A DNA stretch of 64,000 bases from Mobula hypostoma (taxonomy: Eukaryota), in assembly GCF_963921235.1 (NCBI RefSeq), contig NC_086108.1, positions 91,948,001 to 92,012,000 of the forward strand. The letters are read 5' to 3'. Both the position numbers and the translations under genes were made by a program. The notes under the pieces were generated by a model. That model searched no databases. It was not told the DNA's origin and saw nothing but the letters and a program-made list of their open reading frames with translations. Positions 50,862 to 63,699 of this stretch are shown here, in pieces. Every line of letters begins with the position of its first letter. Positions within the stretch are counted from its first letter, which is position 1.

Positions 50862-52340
50862 AATTAGTGCATTGCTTTACAGATCCGGCTTTCATCAATC
50901 GAAGATCAATTCCTTCTGCCGCCTGGAAGGAGTTTGTGTGTTCTCCCCATGACTAAGTGGGTTCCCTCTAGGTGCTCCTGTTTCCTCCTACATTCCCAAA
51001 CCAATGGTTAGGGTCTGAAGATAGATAAGTCACCTGGACCAGAAGGGCTATACCCCAGAGTTCTGAAAGAGGTAGCTGAAGAGATTGTGGAGGCATTGGT
51101 AATGGTCTTTCAAGAATAAAGAGATTCAGGTACGGTTCCGGAGGACTGAAGATTACAAATATCTCTCCACTCTTCAAGAAGGGAAGGAGACAGAAGAAAG
51201 GATATTGTAGGCCAGTTAGTTTGATCTCAGTGGCTGGGAGGATGTTGGAGTCAATTGTTAATGATATGGTTTCAGGGTACAATGAAGCACATGACAAAAT
51301 AGGCCAAAGTCAGCATGGTTTCCTTAAAGTAAAGTCCTGCCTGACAAAACTGCTGGAATTCTTTGAGAAAAAAAACAAGAAATTTGGTAGATGTTGTGGA
51401 GTTGGATTTTCAGAAGGTCTTTGACAAATTGCCACCTATGAGACTGCTTAGCAAGAATTCATGGTGTTACAGGAAAGATACTAGCATGGATGGAGCATTC
51501 ATTGATTGGTAGGAGGCTAAGTGGAAATAAAGGGAGCCTATTCTGACTGGCTGCCAGTAAGTAGTTGTGTTCCGCAGGATTTGGTGTTGGGGTGGCTTTT
51601 AAGTTGTATGTCAATAATTTGGATGATGGAGGTGATGGCTTTCTGGCCAAGTTTGCAGACGATATGAAAATATCGTCTAAGATTATCTAAGAAAGGATGT
51701 GCTGACATTGGAGAGAATTTAAGGAGATCCACAAAAATGATTCCAGGATTGAAAGGCTTGTCATATGAAGAGCATTTGATGGTCCTGGGTTTGTACTCAC
51801 TGGAATTTAGAAAAATGAGTGAGCAAACTCATTGAAACCTATTCAATATTGAAAGGCCTAGATAGAGTGGCTATGGAGAGGATGTTACCTATAGTGCAGG
51901 AGTCCAGAACCAAAGGGCACAATGTCAGAATAAAAGGAAGTCCATTTTGAACAGAGATGAAGTGGTATTTCTTTAGCTAGAGGGTGGCAACTCTGATGCA
52001 ATTCGTTGCCACAGGCAGCTGTGGAGGCCATGTCATTGGGTGTAATTAAATGGAGATTGATTGGTTCTTTATTAATCAGGGCATGAAAAGTTACAGGGAG
52101 GAGGCAGGAGAATGGGGTTGAGAGGGATATGGATCAGCTATGATCGAATGAGGAAAAGACCAAATAGCCTAATGTCTTATGTCTTTTAGTCTTATGGTCT
52201 TATTGTTAGTGAATTGTGGACATGCGGGCTGCCCAGCACCATCGTTGCTGATTGGATTTAAGCATTTCAGGCATTTCACAACCTCTTTTATGGCTGGCTG
52301 TACATGTGATAAATAAAACTAATCTTTAATCTATATCTAA
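50862..52340 (+). mobile_element. HE1-like SINE split by a CR1 (about 51011-52203)
   Basis: 5' half ends ttcctcctacattccc..ggttag; 3' half gttagtgaattgtggacatgcgggctgcccagcac..(aatct)n. Confidence 0.8.
51011..52203 (+). mobile_element. CR1 RT to 3' UTR with an internal deletion
   Basis: KSPGP, QHGFLK.KSCLT, KFADD; tail tcttatggtcttat. Confidence 0.9.
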
Positions 52341-52944
52341 TCATAGCAGGAGGTCGGTAACAGGGCTGATTGCACTTAAGAGTTAGAGGCGGAACTATGG
52401 ATGGAACATGATTTGGAGGCCATGGATGAGAGATGAATAGCAAGCAATGAGGTAGAGGACAGGGATTTCTGATCGTGAACGCACATAGGTGTGTGTGTGT
52501 GTAAGGGTACACACATGCTGATGCCACTAATACCCACATGGCAGCAGAGTTTCATCCCCTGGCACTGGGAAGCTTGTGTGATGGCAATGGCCATCTCATT
52601 TAAAGGAAACCACACACCAACATCTTCCATTCCACAAGATGAAGATCAGATCCTAGAATGTCATGAACATCATGGACAATCCCATCTACAGCAAGGTTGA
52701 GCATCCTCTGCCAGTGTAGCACAGGGATATTTATCTTTTGAGTTGCCGTCACTGTCCTGAATGAGACCCAACAGGCAGGAGACGGTCAGTTTAAGGAAGA
52801 AAGTGTTTGATATGCTTTCCTCAGAAAGTGCACGCGAAAAGAGGAATGCTCTCTTCACAGGGTGAGCCTTGCCATCAGGAGCAGTTAGCCTGGGGTCTCA
52901 GAAACTTCCCCTTTGAAATTTTTATAAACGTCTTATGATCCTTT

Positions 52945-53880
52945 GGCTGATTTATTAACCTTGTCAACCCCATTCTCCTGCTTCTTCCCATAACTTTGCC
53001 ATCCTTACAAATGAAGAAACTACTATCCTCCACATTAAATATACCCGATGAATGAATCTGACAGATTCACTACCTTCTGGTAAAAGAAATTACTCCTCAT
53101 TCCTGTTCTAAAGTGATGTCCTTGTATCCTGAGTTCATGCAATCTGGTCCCAGACTCTCTCACTATAAGAAACATCTATTCCATGCCAACTCTATACAAG
53201 CCTTTCAATATTCAGTAGGTTTCAATGAGATCCCCACTCATTCTTCTAAACTCCAGTGAGTACAGGCCTAGAGCCATCAAACACTCCTCATATGTTAACC
53301 CTTTCATTCCAAGGATCATTGTCATGAACCTTCTTTGGACCCTCTTCAATGCCAGCACATCCTTTCTCAGATAAGCCCAAACTGTTTGTCATATTCAAAT
53401 GCTGACTGGTCAATTTGTTATAAAGCCTCAGCATTGTATTCCTGTTTTTATATTCCAATCCTCTCAAAATGAATGCACACATTGCATTTGCTTTCTTTAC
53501 TACCAACTCAACATGCAAGCTAACCTTTTGGGAATCCTGCACTGGGAGCCCCAAGTCTCATCGCATTTCTGAATTTGCTCCCATTTAGAAAAAATTCTAC
53601 ATGTTTATTCCTTCTCCCAAAGTGTATGACCATATACTTTCCTACACTGCATTCCATCTGACACTTTGCCCTTTTTCCTACCTGTCCAGGTTCTTCTGCT
53701 GCCTCTTTGCTTTCTCAACATAGTTGCCCCTCCACCTATCCCTATATCATCTGCAAACCTGGCCACAAAGCCATCAAATCAGTCATCCAGATCATTGACA
53801 TAAAATACGAAGAGAAGCAGTCCAACACCAACCCTTGCGGAACACCACTAGTCACCAGCAGCTAACTCTTTGCCTCCTGT
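52945..53880 (-). mobile_element. CR1 ORF2 C-terminal half and 3' UTR
   Basis: VVKKANAMCAFILRGLEYKN; minus gtgactagtggtgttccgcaaggg. Confidence 0.88.
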
Positions 53881-54320
53881 CAGTCAGCCTATTTAAGAGG
53901 TTCTTAAATGTTCCTAATGCATCTGCCTCTACCACCATTCCTGGCAGTGTGGTTCAATGCATCCACCACTCTCTGTGTAAAATGTCTATCTCTGACATCC
54001 CTTCCTATACTTTCCTCCAATCACATTCAAATTATGGCCCATTGTATGAGCCATTTCCACCCTGGTAAAAGGGTGGGGAGTGAGGCTGAGGAGGGAAAAA
54101 TAGGATCAACCATGAATGAATGGCAGAGCAGACTTGATGGGCCAAATGGCCTAATTCTTCTCCTATGTCTTATGGTCTTAAAAGGTCTTCAGTTATTGAC
54201 TTGAGCTATGTCTCTTATCATCTTATACACTTCTTTGAAGTCACCTCTCATCCTTCTTCTCTCCAAAGAGAAAGACCCCAGCTCGCTCAATCTATCCTCG
54301 TAAGACATGTTCTCTAACTT
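53881..54320. mobile_element. Minus-strand CR1 3' piece with a small plus-strand CR1 tail inserted (about 54068-54180)
   Basis: gcctctaccacc..ggcagt and tcacctctcatcctt..ctccaaagagaaaag on either side of gggccaaatggcctaattc..tcttatggtctta. Confidence 0.7.
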
Positions 54321-54324
54321 AGGT

Positions 54325-55605
54325 ATGTTGCATCAGTCTTCACATTAGCAATATACCTGATAGCCAGAGGTATCAGGGAATAGAATTAGGTACAGTGAAG
54401 ATAACTAGAGAGAAAGTGCTTGGGAAGCTAAGTGGACTAAGAATACATAAGTCTCCCGGTCCGGATGAGGTACACCCAAGGGTTCTGAAGGAGGTGGCTT
54501 TGGAGATTGTGGAAGCATTGGAAATGATCTTCCAGGAATCAATAGACTCTGGCATGGTTCCGAAGGACTGGAAGGTCGCAAATGTAGTTCCGCTATTTAA
54601 GAAAGGAAGGAGGCAGCAAAAAGAAAATTACAGACCTATTAGTCTGACATTGGTAGTTGGAAAGATATTGGAGTCAATCCTCAAGGACGAGGTTATGAAA
54701 TACCTCGAGGTGCATGACAAGATAGGCCGAAGCCAGCATGGTTTCATGAAGGGAAGATCCTGCCTCACCAACCTATTGAAATTTTTTGAGGTAATCTCAA
54801 ATAAGATTGACAAGGGAGAGGCAGTGGATGTTGTGTATTTGGATTTTCAAAAGGCCTTCGATAAGGTGCCGCATATGAGGCTGCTTAATAAGATGAGAGC
54901 CCATGGAATTATAGGAAAGATATTGAAATGGGTGGAGCATTGGCTGACAGGCAGAAAGCAAATGGTGGGATAAAGGGATCCTATTCTGATTGGTTGCCGG
55001 TTACTAGTGGTGTTCAACAGGGGTCGGTGTTCGGGCCGCTTCTTTTTACGATGTTTATCAATGATTTGGATTATGGATTAAATGGTTTTGTGGCTAAGTT
55101 TGCGGATGACACCAAGATAGGTGGAGGAGCAGGAAATGTTAATTCCTGGGATGGTGGGACTGTCATATGTTGAAAGATTGGAGCGACTGGGGTTGTATAC
55201 ACTGGAATTTAGAAGGATGAGAGGGGATCTGATTGAAACATATAAGATTATTAAGGGATTGGACACGCTGGAGGCAGGAAACGTTCGCGATGTTGGGGGA
55301 GTCCAGAACCAGAAGCCACAGTTTAAGAATAAGGGGTAGACAATTTAGAATGGAGTTGAGGAAAAACTTTTTCACACAGAGGGTTGTGGTTCTGTGGAAT
55401 GCTCTGCCTCAGAAGGCAGTGGAGGCCAATTCTCTGGATTCTTTCAAAAAAGAGTTAGATAGAGCTCTTAAAGATAACAGAGAGAAGGGATATGGGGAGA
55501 AGGCAGGAAAAGGGTACTGATTGTGGATGATCAGCCATGATCACAGTGAATGGTGGTGCTGGCTCGAAGGGCTGAATGGCCTACTCTTGCACCTATTGTC
55601 TATTG
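54325..55605 (+). mobile_element. Young CR1 RT core and 3' UTR with an internal deletion at about 55140
   Basis: 192-aa ORF KSPGPD..NYRPISL..YLDFQKAFDKVPH; FADDTKIGG then jumps to LIPGMVGLSY; (ctattgt)n tail. Confidence 0.93.
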
Positions 55606-57230
55606 TAACTGCACCCATTTCTCTTCCCTTACACCCTTCAACACCCGTCACACTGTTAGTGTCTTCCACAGTGAAGACTAATGCAAAATACTTTTATTTC
55701 ATCAGCCCTCTCCTTGTGTCCCATTTTTATTTTCTCCCTCCTCATTTTCTAGCAGTCCTATATACACTCTCATTGCTCCTTTATTTTTTATATATTTGAA
55801 AAAGCTTTTTTTATCCACTTTGATATTGTTTGCTGGCTTCCTTTCATATTTCATCTTTTCCCTCCTAATGATTCTTCCAGACGCTTCTGTATGTTTTTAT
55901 GAGTCCCAATCATCTATCTTCCAGCTAATTTCTGCTTTGTTACATGCCCTCTCTTTTGCTTTGACTTCCCTTGTCAACCACTTTGTACTATTTTGCCATT
56001 TGAGTATTTCTTTATTTTTGGAATACATCTATCCTGCACCTTCCTCATTTTTATTCTAAATGCACATCTTTGCTGCTCTGCTGTCATCCCTGCCGGCATC
56101 TCCTTCCAATTTACTTTGGCTAACTCCTCTCTCATACCACTGTAATTTCCTTTACTCCACCAAAATACTGCTACATCAGACTTTACTTTCTCCCTATCAA
56201 ATTTCAAGTTGAACCTAATCATATTGTGATCTCTGCTTCCTAATGGTTCCTTTACCTTAAGCTCTCTAATCATCTCTGGTTTATTACATAACACCCAATC
56301 CAGTACAGCTGATCCCCTAGTGGGTTCAATGACAAACTGCTCTAAAAAGCGATCTTGTAGGCACTTAATAAATTCATTATCTTGAGATCCGTTACCAACC
56401 TGATTTTCCCAATCTACCTGCATGCTAAAATCTCCCATGCCTCTCGTTACATTGCCCTGTTGACATGTCTTTACTACTTTCCCTTGTAGTCTTTAGTCCA
56501 CATCTCAGCTACTGTTTGGAGGTCTTTATGTAAGTGCCATCAGGATCCTTTTACCCGATCCTCAACCCTCAAGGATTCAACATCATCCAATCCTATGTTA
56601 TATCTTTCCACTGACTTGATACCATTCTTTACCAGCAGAGCCACACCACCCCCTCTGCCTATCTTCTTATCTCTCTGATACAATGATGTAACCTTGGCTA
56701 TTCAGCTCCCAGCTACAACCATTCTTCAGTGATGATTCAGTGCTGGCCACAACATCATACCTGACAATTTATAGAAGTGCAACAAGATCATCCACCTTAT
56801 TTCCTATACTCCATGCATTAAGTAATTTGAGTGCGGTATTTGCTACCCTTTTTGATTTTGCATTCCTAATGCACTGATACTCACTCTGCTGGTTGCAATT
56901 ATGTTCTATCATCTCTGCCTGCCTTTCTTGACAGTCTGACTGTACACTATCTTTGCTTTTTTACCATCCATCCTATCCTGAGTCCCTTCACTCTGGTTCT
57001 CATCCCCCTGCCATATTAGTTTAAACCCTCCCCAACAGCTCTAACAAATCTGCCCACAAGAATATTCATTCCCCTTGGAATCAGGTGCAACCCGTCCCTT
57101 TTGTACAGGTCATACCTCCCCCAGAAGCGATCCCAATGATCCAAGAACCTGAAGACTTGTCCCCTGCACCAGCTTCTCAGCCATGCATTTACCTGCTAAA
57201 TTATCCTGCTTCTACCCTCACTGGCACGTG
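55606..57230 (-). mobile_element. CR1 ORF1 end, endonuclease and linker
   Basis: MGDFSMQVDW..PTRGSAVLDWVLCN..LGSRDHN; ORF1 end gggagggtttaaactaatatggcagggg. Confidence 0.88.
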
Positions 57231-57231
57231 G

Positions 57232-58045
57232 CAGATAGGATCAACAACTTTAAATTCCTCGGTGTTATCATTTCAGAGGACCTGTCCTGGGCCTAGCATG
57301 TAAGTGCCATTATGAAAGACATACAACAGTACCATCTCTTCCTTAGAAGTTTGCAAAGTTTTGGCATGTCACCTAAAACTTTGACAAACTTTTTATAGTT
57401 GTATGGTGGAGAGTATATTGACTGGTTTCCTCATGGCCTGGTATGGAAACACCAATGCTATTGAATGTAAAATACTACAAAAAGTAGTGGATATTGTCCA
57501 GTTCATCATGGGTAAAGCGCAGCCATCCCCCCACCATTGAGCACATCTACATGGAGCACTGTCACAGGAAAGCAGCATCCATCATCAAGGACCCCCAACA
57601 TCCAGGCCACACTCTCTTCTCGCTTCTGCCATCAGGAAGAAGGTACAGGAGCCTCAGGAACCACACCACCAGACTCATCAACAGTTATTACCCCTCATCC
57701 ATCAGGCCCTTGAACCAGAGTTGATAACTTCACTCAACTTCACTCGCCCCATCACTAAACTATTCCCACAATAATGGACAAACTTTCATGGACTCTTCAT
57801 CTCATGTTCTTAATATTTGTTGTTGATTTATTTGTTGCTATTAGTTTTTTTTTCTTCTTTTGTATTTGCACAGTTTTTTTGTCTTCTGCGCATTGGTTCT
57901 TTGTCCTGTTGGATACGGACTTTCATTGAGTCTATTGTGTTTCTTGGATATACTCTGTATGCCCACAGGAAGTTGAATCTCAGGGTTGTTTATGGTGACA
58001 TACAGTACATGTACTTTGATAATAAATTAACTTTGAACTTTGAAT
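57232..58045 (+). mobile_element. Rex1/Babar 3' region
   Basis: HCHRKAASIIKDPQHPGHTLFSLLPSGRRYRSL..NSYYPSSIR; (ctttgaa)n tail. Confidence 0.9.
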
Positions 58046-59283
58046 TTTGGATTTCATTAGTGTCCTATGTTTTCCATTAATGCCAGAGTCAACATGTCAG
58101 GGAAGATGAAAGAATATGGAAGATGCTATAGTTGGAATCTCTGTCACTTAAAATATGGAGAGGAGATTTCTAATATACTGAATTCAAACAATTGCTTATT
58201 GAAATTGCTGATGACTTTATAAACTGGTCAATTGAAATGCATGGGAAACGAGTGTGCGTATTTTTCAGGTTTATAGTTTTATAAATTCAATAGCTGGACT
58301 TGTGTCTTAGAATTTTCCCAGGCTTATGACACTCTGTCTTTATCTCAGTTTTTACAGACGTTCCAAATAACAACTGGAAATCTGGAGACTCCTTGAAGAA
58401 ATACATTCCTGATATAGAACACCGGCAGAAACAAAATTAATCAGGGCTTTTAAGATGACATTTGAAGAACATGCATGAAAAATTGTCAGGTTCCAGGGAC
58501 TGAGATTTCTCTACATAGAATCAGTGAGCAGAATACTGTAAAAATTCAATGAACCTGTGATGCTTATTACTGCCAACCCAAACAAAGTGATTTTTACAGC
58601 AGATTTAAATGATGAAGTTCAAAGCAACTGCAGATTGTGGAAATCTGAAATGAAACAGAACTGGAAACACTATGCAGTGCAAGCAGCAGCTGTGGCAAGA
58701 GAAATCAGGTCCCACACAAGAAACATGAACTCCATTTCTTTTTCCACAGATGCTGTCTGATCTCTGAGTGTTTCTAGCTTTTTTCTCATTTTGATTGCAG
58801 GATATAGCAGCCAGGTAGAAATTTGGTTTAATTATCTAAAGGGGTCAGAAAAGAGTTTCACAGAACTTTGCCTTCTAGAATATTCTAGAACAAGAGTGGC
58901 CTTTTCTTATGCTGTAACTTAAAATGTAGCTTCACTGAAAATTCTATTGCTGGAAATGAGTAATGTCTGATGACAAATACAGTTCTTATTTATGTTAGTC
59001 TTTAATGAGACAAATATAAGAATATGAATAATAGGAATATAATAATAAGAATAATGACCAGTTTTGAAAGCCATGCAAATCCCAGTAAATAAGAAAATGT
59101 TGAAGGTAATGGCTGATGTGTTCCCTGCATTATTCACTTCATTGCACAGTAAGTTATTGAGGTTGGCAGAAGTAACACTACTTAATCTTTAGATATAAAA
59201 TAATCTGCAGATGCTGGGGTCAAAGCAACACTCACAACACGCTGGAGGAACTCAGCAGGTCGGGCAGCATCCGTGGAAAAGAT

Positions 59284-59321
59284 CGGTCGACGTTTCCGGC
59301 CGGAACTCTTCGTCAGGACTG
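59284..59321 (-). ncRNA. Second hammerhead motif on the opposite strand
   Basis: Reverse complement reads gtc-CTGACGA-agagttccggccg-GAAAC-GTC-gac; stem II partly mismatched. Confidence 0.6.
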
Positions 59322-59584
59322 AAGAGGGAAGGGGCAGAGGCCCTACAAAGAAGGTAGGGGGAGGGTGGGAAGGAGAAGGCTGGTAGGTTCCAGGTGAAAA
59401 ACGAATAAGGGGAAAGATAAAGGGGTGGGGGAGGGGATAGGCAGGAAAGGTGAAGAAGGAATAGGGGAAAGCTTCCCCTCCCCCACCCCTTCGTCTTTCA
59501 AATTACTGGTTTTTCAACTGAACCTACCAGCCTTCTCCTTCCAACCCTCCCCCACCTTCTTTATAGGGCTGCCCCTTCCCCCTT

Positions 59585-59622
59585 CAGTCCTGACGAAGGG
59601 TTCCAGCCCGAAACGTCGACCA
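59585..59622 (+). ncRNA. Minimal type I hammerhead ribozyme motif (Penelope type)
   Basis: gtc-CTGACGA-agggttccagccc-GAAAC-GTC-gac: intact core, stem II GGG/CCC, palindromic ACGT stem III, GUC cleavage triplet. Confidence 0.75.
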
Positions 59623-61079
59623 ATCTTTTCCATGGATGCTGCCCGACCTGCTGAGTTCCTCCAGCGTGTTGTGAGTGTTGCCTTAATCTTTAAATGCTGC
59701 CCATTGTTCAGTAGAATGACCCAGTCTGCCTCTCTTTACAAGTATCTTCAACTTTTGGAGGAAATAGGAAATCTGATGCAAAGCTTCATGAACAGTCCTG
59801 ACAGTATTAATATTGTAAAAGTTGACTGTGCCATAATATTTTAGCCACCAGTTGGTTTATTTATTATGTAAAATCATCGTTCTCCAATAACTCAAAATAA
59901 TTCTATCATAAGTAAATTTTACATCCTGGAGGTCCTTCTTCACACAAACAAATTCAGCAAGTTATAGTTTTCTACATTTTTCACAAACTTCAACAGAAGG
60001 GAAAAAACAGTAAAATGAGATAGACAATTTGGTGTTGCCCGGTCCATATGTAGATCGGACATGGAAAAGACACTTCCAGCCCAGTTCACCTTGCAAGGTT
60101 CCCCTCGCGGAAACCTGGGGACTGGTGTCCAAACAGGGCAATTGTCCTCAAAACTAGATAACAAATGGTTTGACTAGTATTCTGTAAACAACATGGCTGA
60201 CTCCTCTATCACTACCTCTGAGATTATCCTGTTGTATTGTCAGGGCAGACTGGAGAGGAGAGTGCAGTGGTGACAGATGGAAGGCTTCAACTCTAGAAAT
60301 CCTTAGAATTGATTCCAAGAAAACATGACATCCACTGCCATCAGGAAAAACATAAACAGGAAACTTTTCCAGACCTCATCAATTGCTTATTTCCCCCAGG
60401 ATTGCTACCTGATTTACTGAGTTCCTCCAGTATTTTGTATGTGTTGCTCAAGATTTCCAGTGTCTGCAGTGTTCAGTTAAAAATGGTTTGCCAGCCTGGT
60501 GCAGCTACAACACAGCACCTACAGCCCTAAACAGTAACTGACTACAATTGTCTGGGAAACCGTGAAGAGATTTTGTCTGCATGCCATTCAGACAGACTGC
60601 CCCATATAGTGAGGTAGTAGCAAAAGGGAAAAAAAAAACACAAAGGTAAAATACAGTGTTACAGTGCAGGTAGAGAAATAAAGTACAAGGATGGCAACGA
60701 GGTGGATTTTGAGGACAGGTGTTATCTTTAGCCTATTTTGGGGCTGTTCAAGAATCTGATTACAGCAAAATGGAACCTATCTTTGAACCTGGTGACGGTA
60801 TACATAAGGAAAATAGAGGTACATGCAGCAAGGGCAAGACTTTATCTACATAAAGACTTCCCAAAAAGAGTTTTGCAGCAATAGCAGGAAGAAGAAATTA
60901 ATAGTACATATAAGAAATTGTTTTATGAATTAGAATGTTGAGACCCAATGAGGAAACAAATTATTTTGAATCTATCTTGAATCTATTTAATTAATAAGCT
61001 AGGAGACAGCTGGGCGAGAATAGTCATCATGTGATAGAATATTATATTACAATTTAAGAAGATTTAGCTTGATCTGAAA

Positions 61080-61475
61080 TTTGGGCTGCATCATATCTTG
61101 GTATGGAGGCTCCAATGCACAGGGTTACAAGGGGCCGCAGATATTAGAGTCAGGCAGTTTCATCACAGCAGAAACCACCCTATCACTGAGAACGTCTTCA
61201 AGAGGTGGTTCCTTAAGAAGGTGGCATCCATCGATAAAGACCTTCATCATCTGTAACATGCCATCTTCCCTTTACAATCATCAGGGAATGGGTACTGAAA
61301 GCCTGAAGAAATCAACTTTTTCTGTTCTGCCATCAGATTTCTGAACCCATGAACACTACCTCGTAACTTTTTTTTTGCAATATTAATTTTGGTTTTTGAG
61401 TTTATCACACTGCTGTCACAAAAAAACAAATTACAAATTTCACATCGTATAAGTCAGTGATAGTCAATCTGATCC
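61080..61475 (+). mobile_element. Rex1/Babar 3' fragment
   Basis: GCIISWYG; gcatccatc..ctgccatcagatttctgaa. Confidence 0.75.
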
Positions 61476-61534
61476 TCATTGTAAATGTAAACAAAGCAAA
61501 TTACAAGGGTTAAGTTGTAATTTGTAAGGTTCCT

Positions 61535-61632
61535 TTTCAGTTCTAATGAAGGGCCTCAGCCTGAAACGTCAACTCTCTGTTCCTCTCCTTAGATACTGCT
61601 TGACCTGCTGAGTTCCTCAGGCATTTTGTATG
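61535..61632 (+). mobile_element. Penelope pseudo-LTR fragment with a mutated hammerhead core
   Basis: agtt-CTAATGA-agggcctcagcct-GAAAC-GTC-aact followed by gacctgctgagttcctc. Confidence 0.7.
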
Positions 61633-61784
61633 AATGACAAAGGTGTGAGGTATGAGTTGGTGTTGGTAAATTGGGAAACTGCATTTAAAAGTTATGATAA
61701 CAAATGGGCAGTAACTAATATTTAAGGAATTAAACCACAGTAAATATATATATCAGAATCAGAATCAGGATTATTATCACTGAC

Positions 61785-62328
61785 TTGTTAAGGCTTAATT
61801 TGGAGTATGTGTGCAGTTTTGGTCACCTGCCTACAGGAAAGATATCAATAAGATTGAATGATTGCTAAGAAAATTTACAGGGATGTTGCTGGGACTTCAG
61901 GACATGAGATATAGTGAAAAGTTGAATAGATTTGGACTTCATTCTCTAGAACATAGAAAGTTGAGGGGAGATTTGAGTGCAGTATACACAATTATAAGGG
62001 GCTTAGGTTGGGTAAATGCAAGCAGGCTTTTTCCACTGAGGTTGGGTGGGACTACAACTAGAGGCTATGGTTTATGAGTGAAAGGTAAAATGTTTAAGGG
62101 AAGCTTCTTCACTCAGAGGTGGTGAGAGTGTGGAACAAGCTGCTAGTGCAAGTGGTTGATTTCAACATTCAAGAGAAATTTAGATAGATACATGGATGGG
62201 AGGGGTATGGACTCAATAATCTGGGTGCAGGTCGATGATTCTCGGCAGATTAATGATTCAGCATGGACTAGATAGACCAAAGGGCCCATTTTTTTGTGCT
62301 GTAGTGTTCTAAGACTCTATGATTCCAT
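61785..62328 (+). mobile_element. Older HER1-like CR1 3' end
   Basis: SLEHRKLRGDL..VNASRLFPLR; tail tgtgctgtagtgttctaagactctatg. Confidence 0.85.
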
Positions 62329-63699
62329 GAAAGTAGAATGTGGAAATAAACTAGTAAGAAAGATAAATACAGACTATTAAAACTTCTGTGGGTATGTACA
62401 GTGGAAATGAATAAAAACTCCCTTGGAGATTGAGAAGGATAAATTATACTGGGAAATGAAAAATTTGCAGGAAACCTTAACCAATGTATTAAGTCTACAC
62501 TCATGCAAAGAAGACATGACTCCAGAAGAGAATGATCAACAAAAGGAATCAGGAGAAGGAAATAAAAGCCATTCCCAGAAGACATGTTCATAACAAAGAT
62601 GTGGATTTAAAGGAGATTTTTAAAAGGGCAGAGGATCAGGGAGATAAGTTGTTAAAGTTCAGGAAGACACTGACTCAAGATTCAAGATTCAAAATTGAAA
62701 ATTGGTTAATATCATTTCCAGTAGATGGGTGTAAAGGAGAACCAAATAATTGTTACACTGAATCAAACGCAGCAGGGAAAAATACTATATATTATGTGCA
62801 AATTATTTACAGTGATACAGGAGATTACAGAACAATTTATTGGCTTTAATGGAGTAATGACTTCAACTTTAGATTTCCATGATTTCTGAAAAATCAGTTG
62901 TATCTCTTACTTGGGCAGCGCAAGAGTCGCAGCTCCAAATTGGAGACAATTGTAAACTTGTGTACCTAAACCAATTCCACATCAGGTAAAATGCATCATC
63001 CTAGTGGATACCTTATTATCAGAGGGATTCGATGATACACTGATTTAGAACATTATTATGTTGCACTTTGAGCCAAGGATCAAATTCAATTTATATTGAT
63101 TGAGTCAAATTAGATTTGGGGTTACAAACCATATAAACATATAAATTAGTCGCAAAAGTAGGTCATGCAGGCCCTCAAGCCCGCTCTGGCATTTAATAAG
63201 ATTATGTCCAATCAGATTGCAACTTCAAAGTTGCATTCATGTCTTATGAGGAAAAATCAGACAGTTTAGGCTTGTGCTCACTGGAGTTCAAAAGAGTGAA
63301 AGGGGATTTGACTGAATCTGCATTTGACAACTGTCAAGCAAATCAAGACACAGTTTGTTACAGTTTCTCCTTTACGTTGAGGAAACCAATGTACGATTAG
63401 GAACGTAGCTCCTTTGTAGCACGGATTTTTAGTCTGATTGTTCTGACGTGCTCAGCACTTGCAGACTTTACTATTTCATTTCAGATTTCTAGTAACTAAT
63501 ATGTTTCCTTTAGAATTAATGAATAAAGTTTAGTCATTCCCAGTCTACCTGTTAAAGTGTAGAATGATCAATATGAAACCTTTGTTAGATCTCACTTGAA
63601 TCCAAATCAGTCAATTCTTGCATACCAACTCTGGGAAGAGGGTCATGATCAAACCTTGTGGATTTAAACATAGAGCCATACTTACTTAGCGTAACTCTT

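Larger units (their letters stand above)
59192..59681. mobile_element. Penelope-derived palindromic insertion (inverted pseudo-LTRs)
   Basis: Arms about 59225-59437 and 59474-59681 are reverse complements; 11-bp TSD CTTAATCTTTA (59181-59191 / 59682-59692). Confidence 0.9.

Noticed and set aside
58358..58440. Plus-strand terminal exon after ttttacag (VPNNNWKSGDSLKKYIPDIEHRQKQN*)
   Set aside because: Short, no recognisable homology and no partner exons found.
59425..60164. ORFs of 139 aa and 74 aa as genes
   Set aside because: The first reads through the Penelope palindrome; the second has no motif or splice support.
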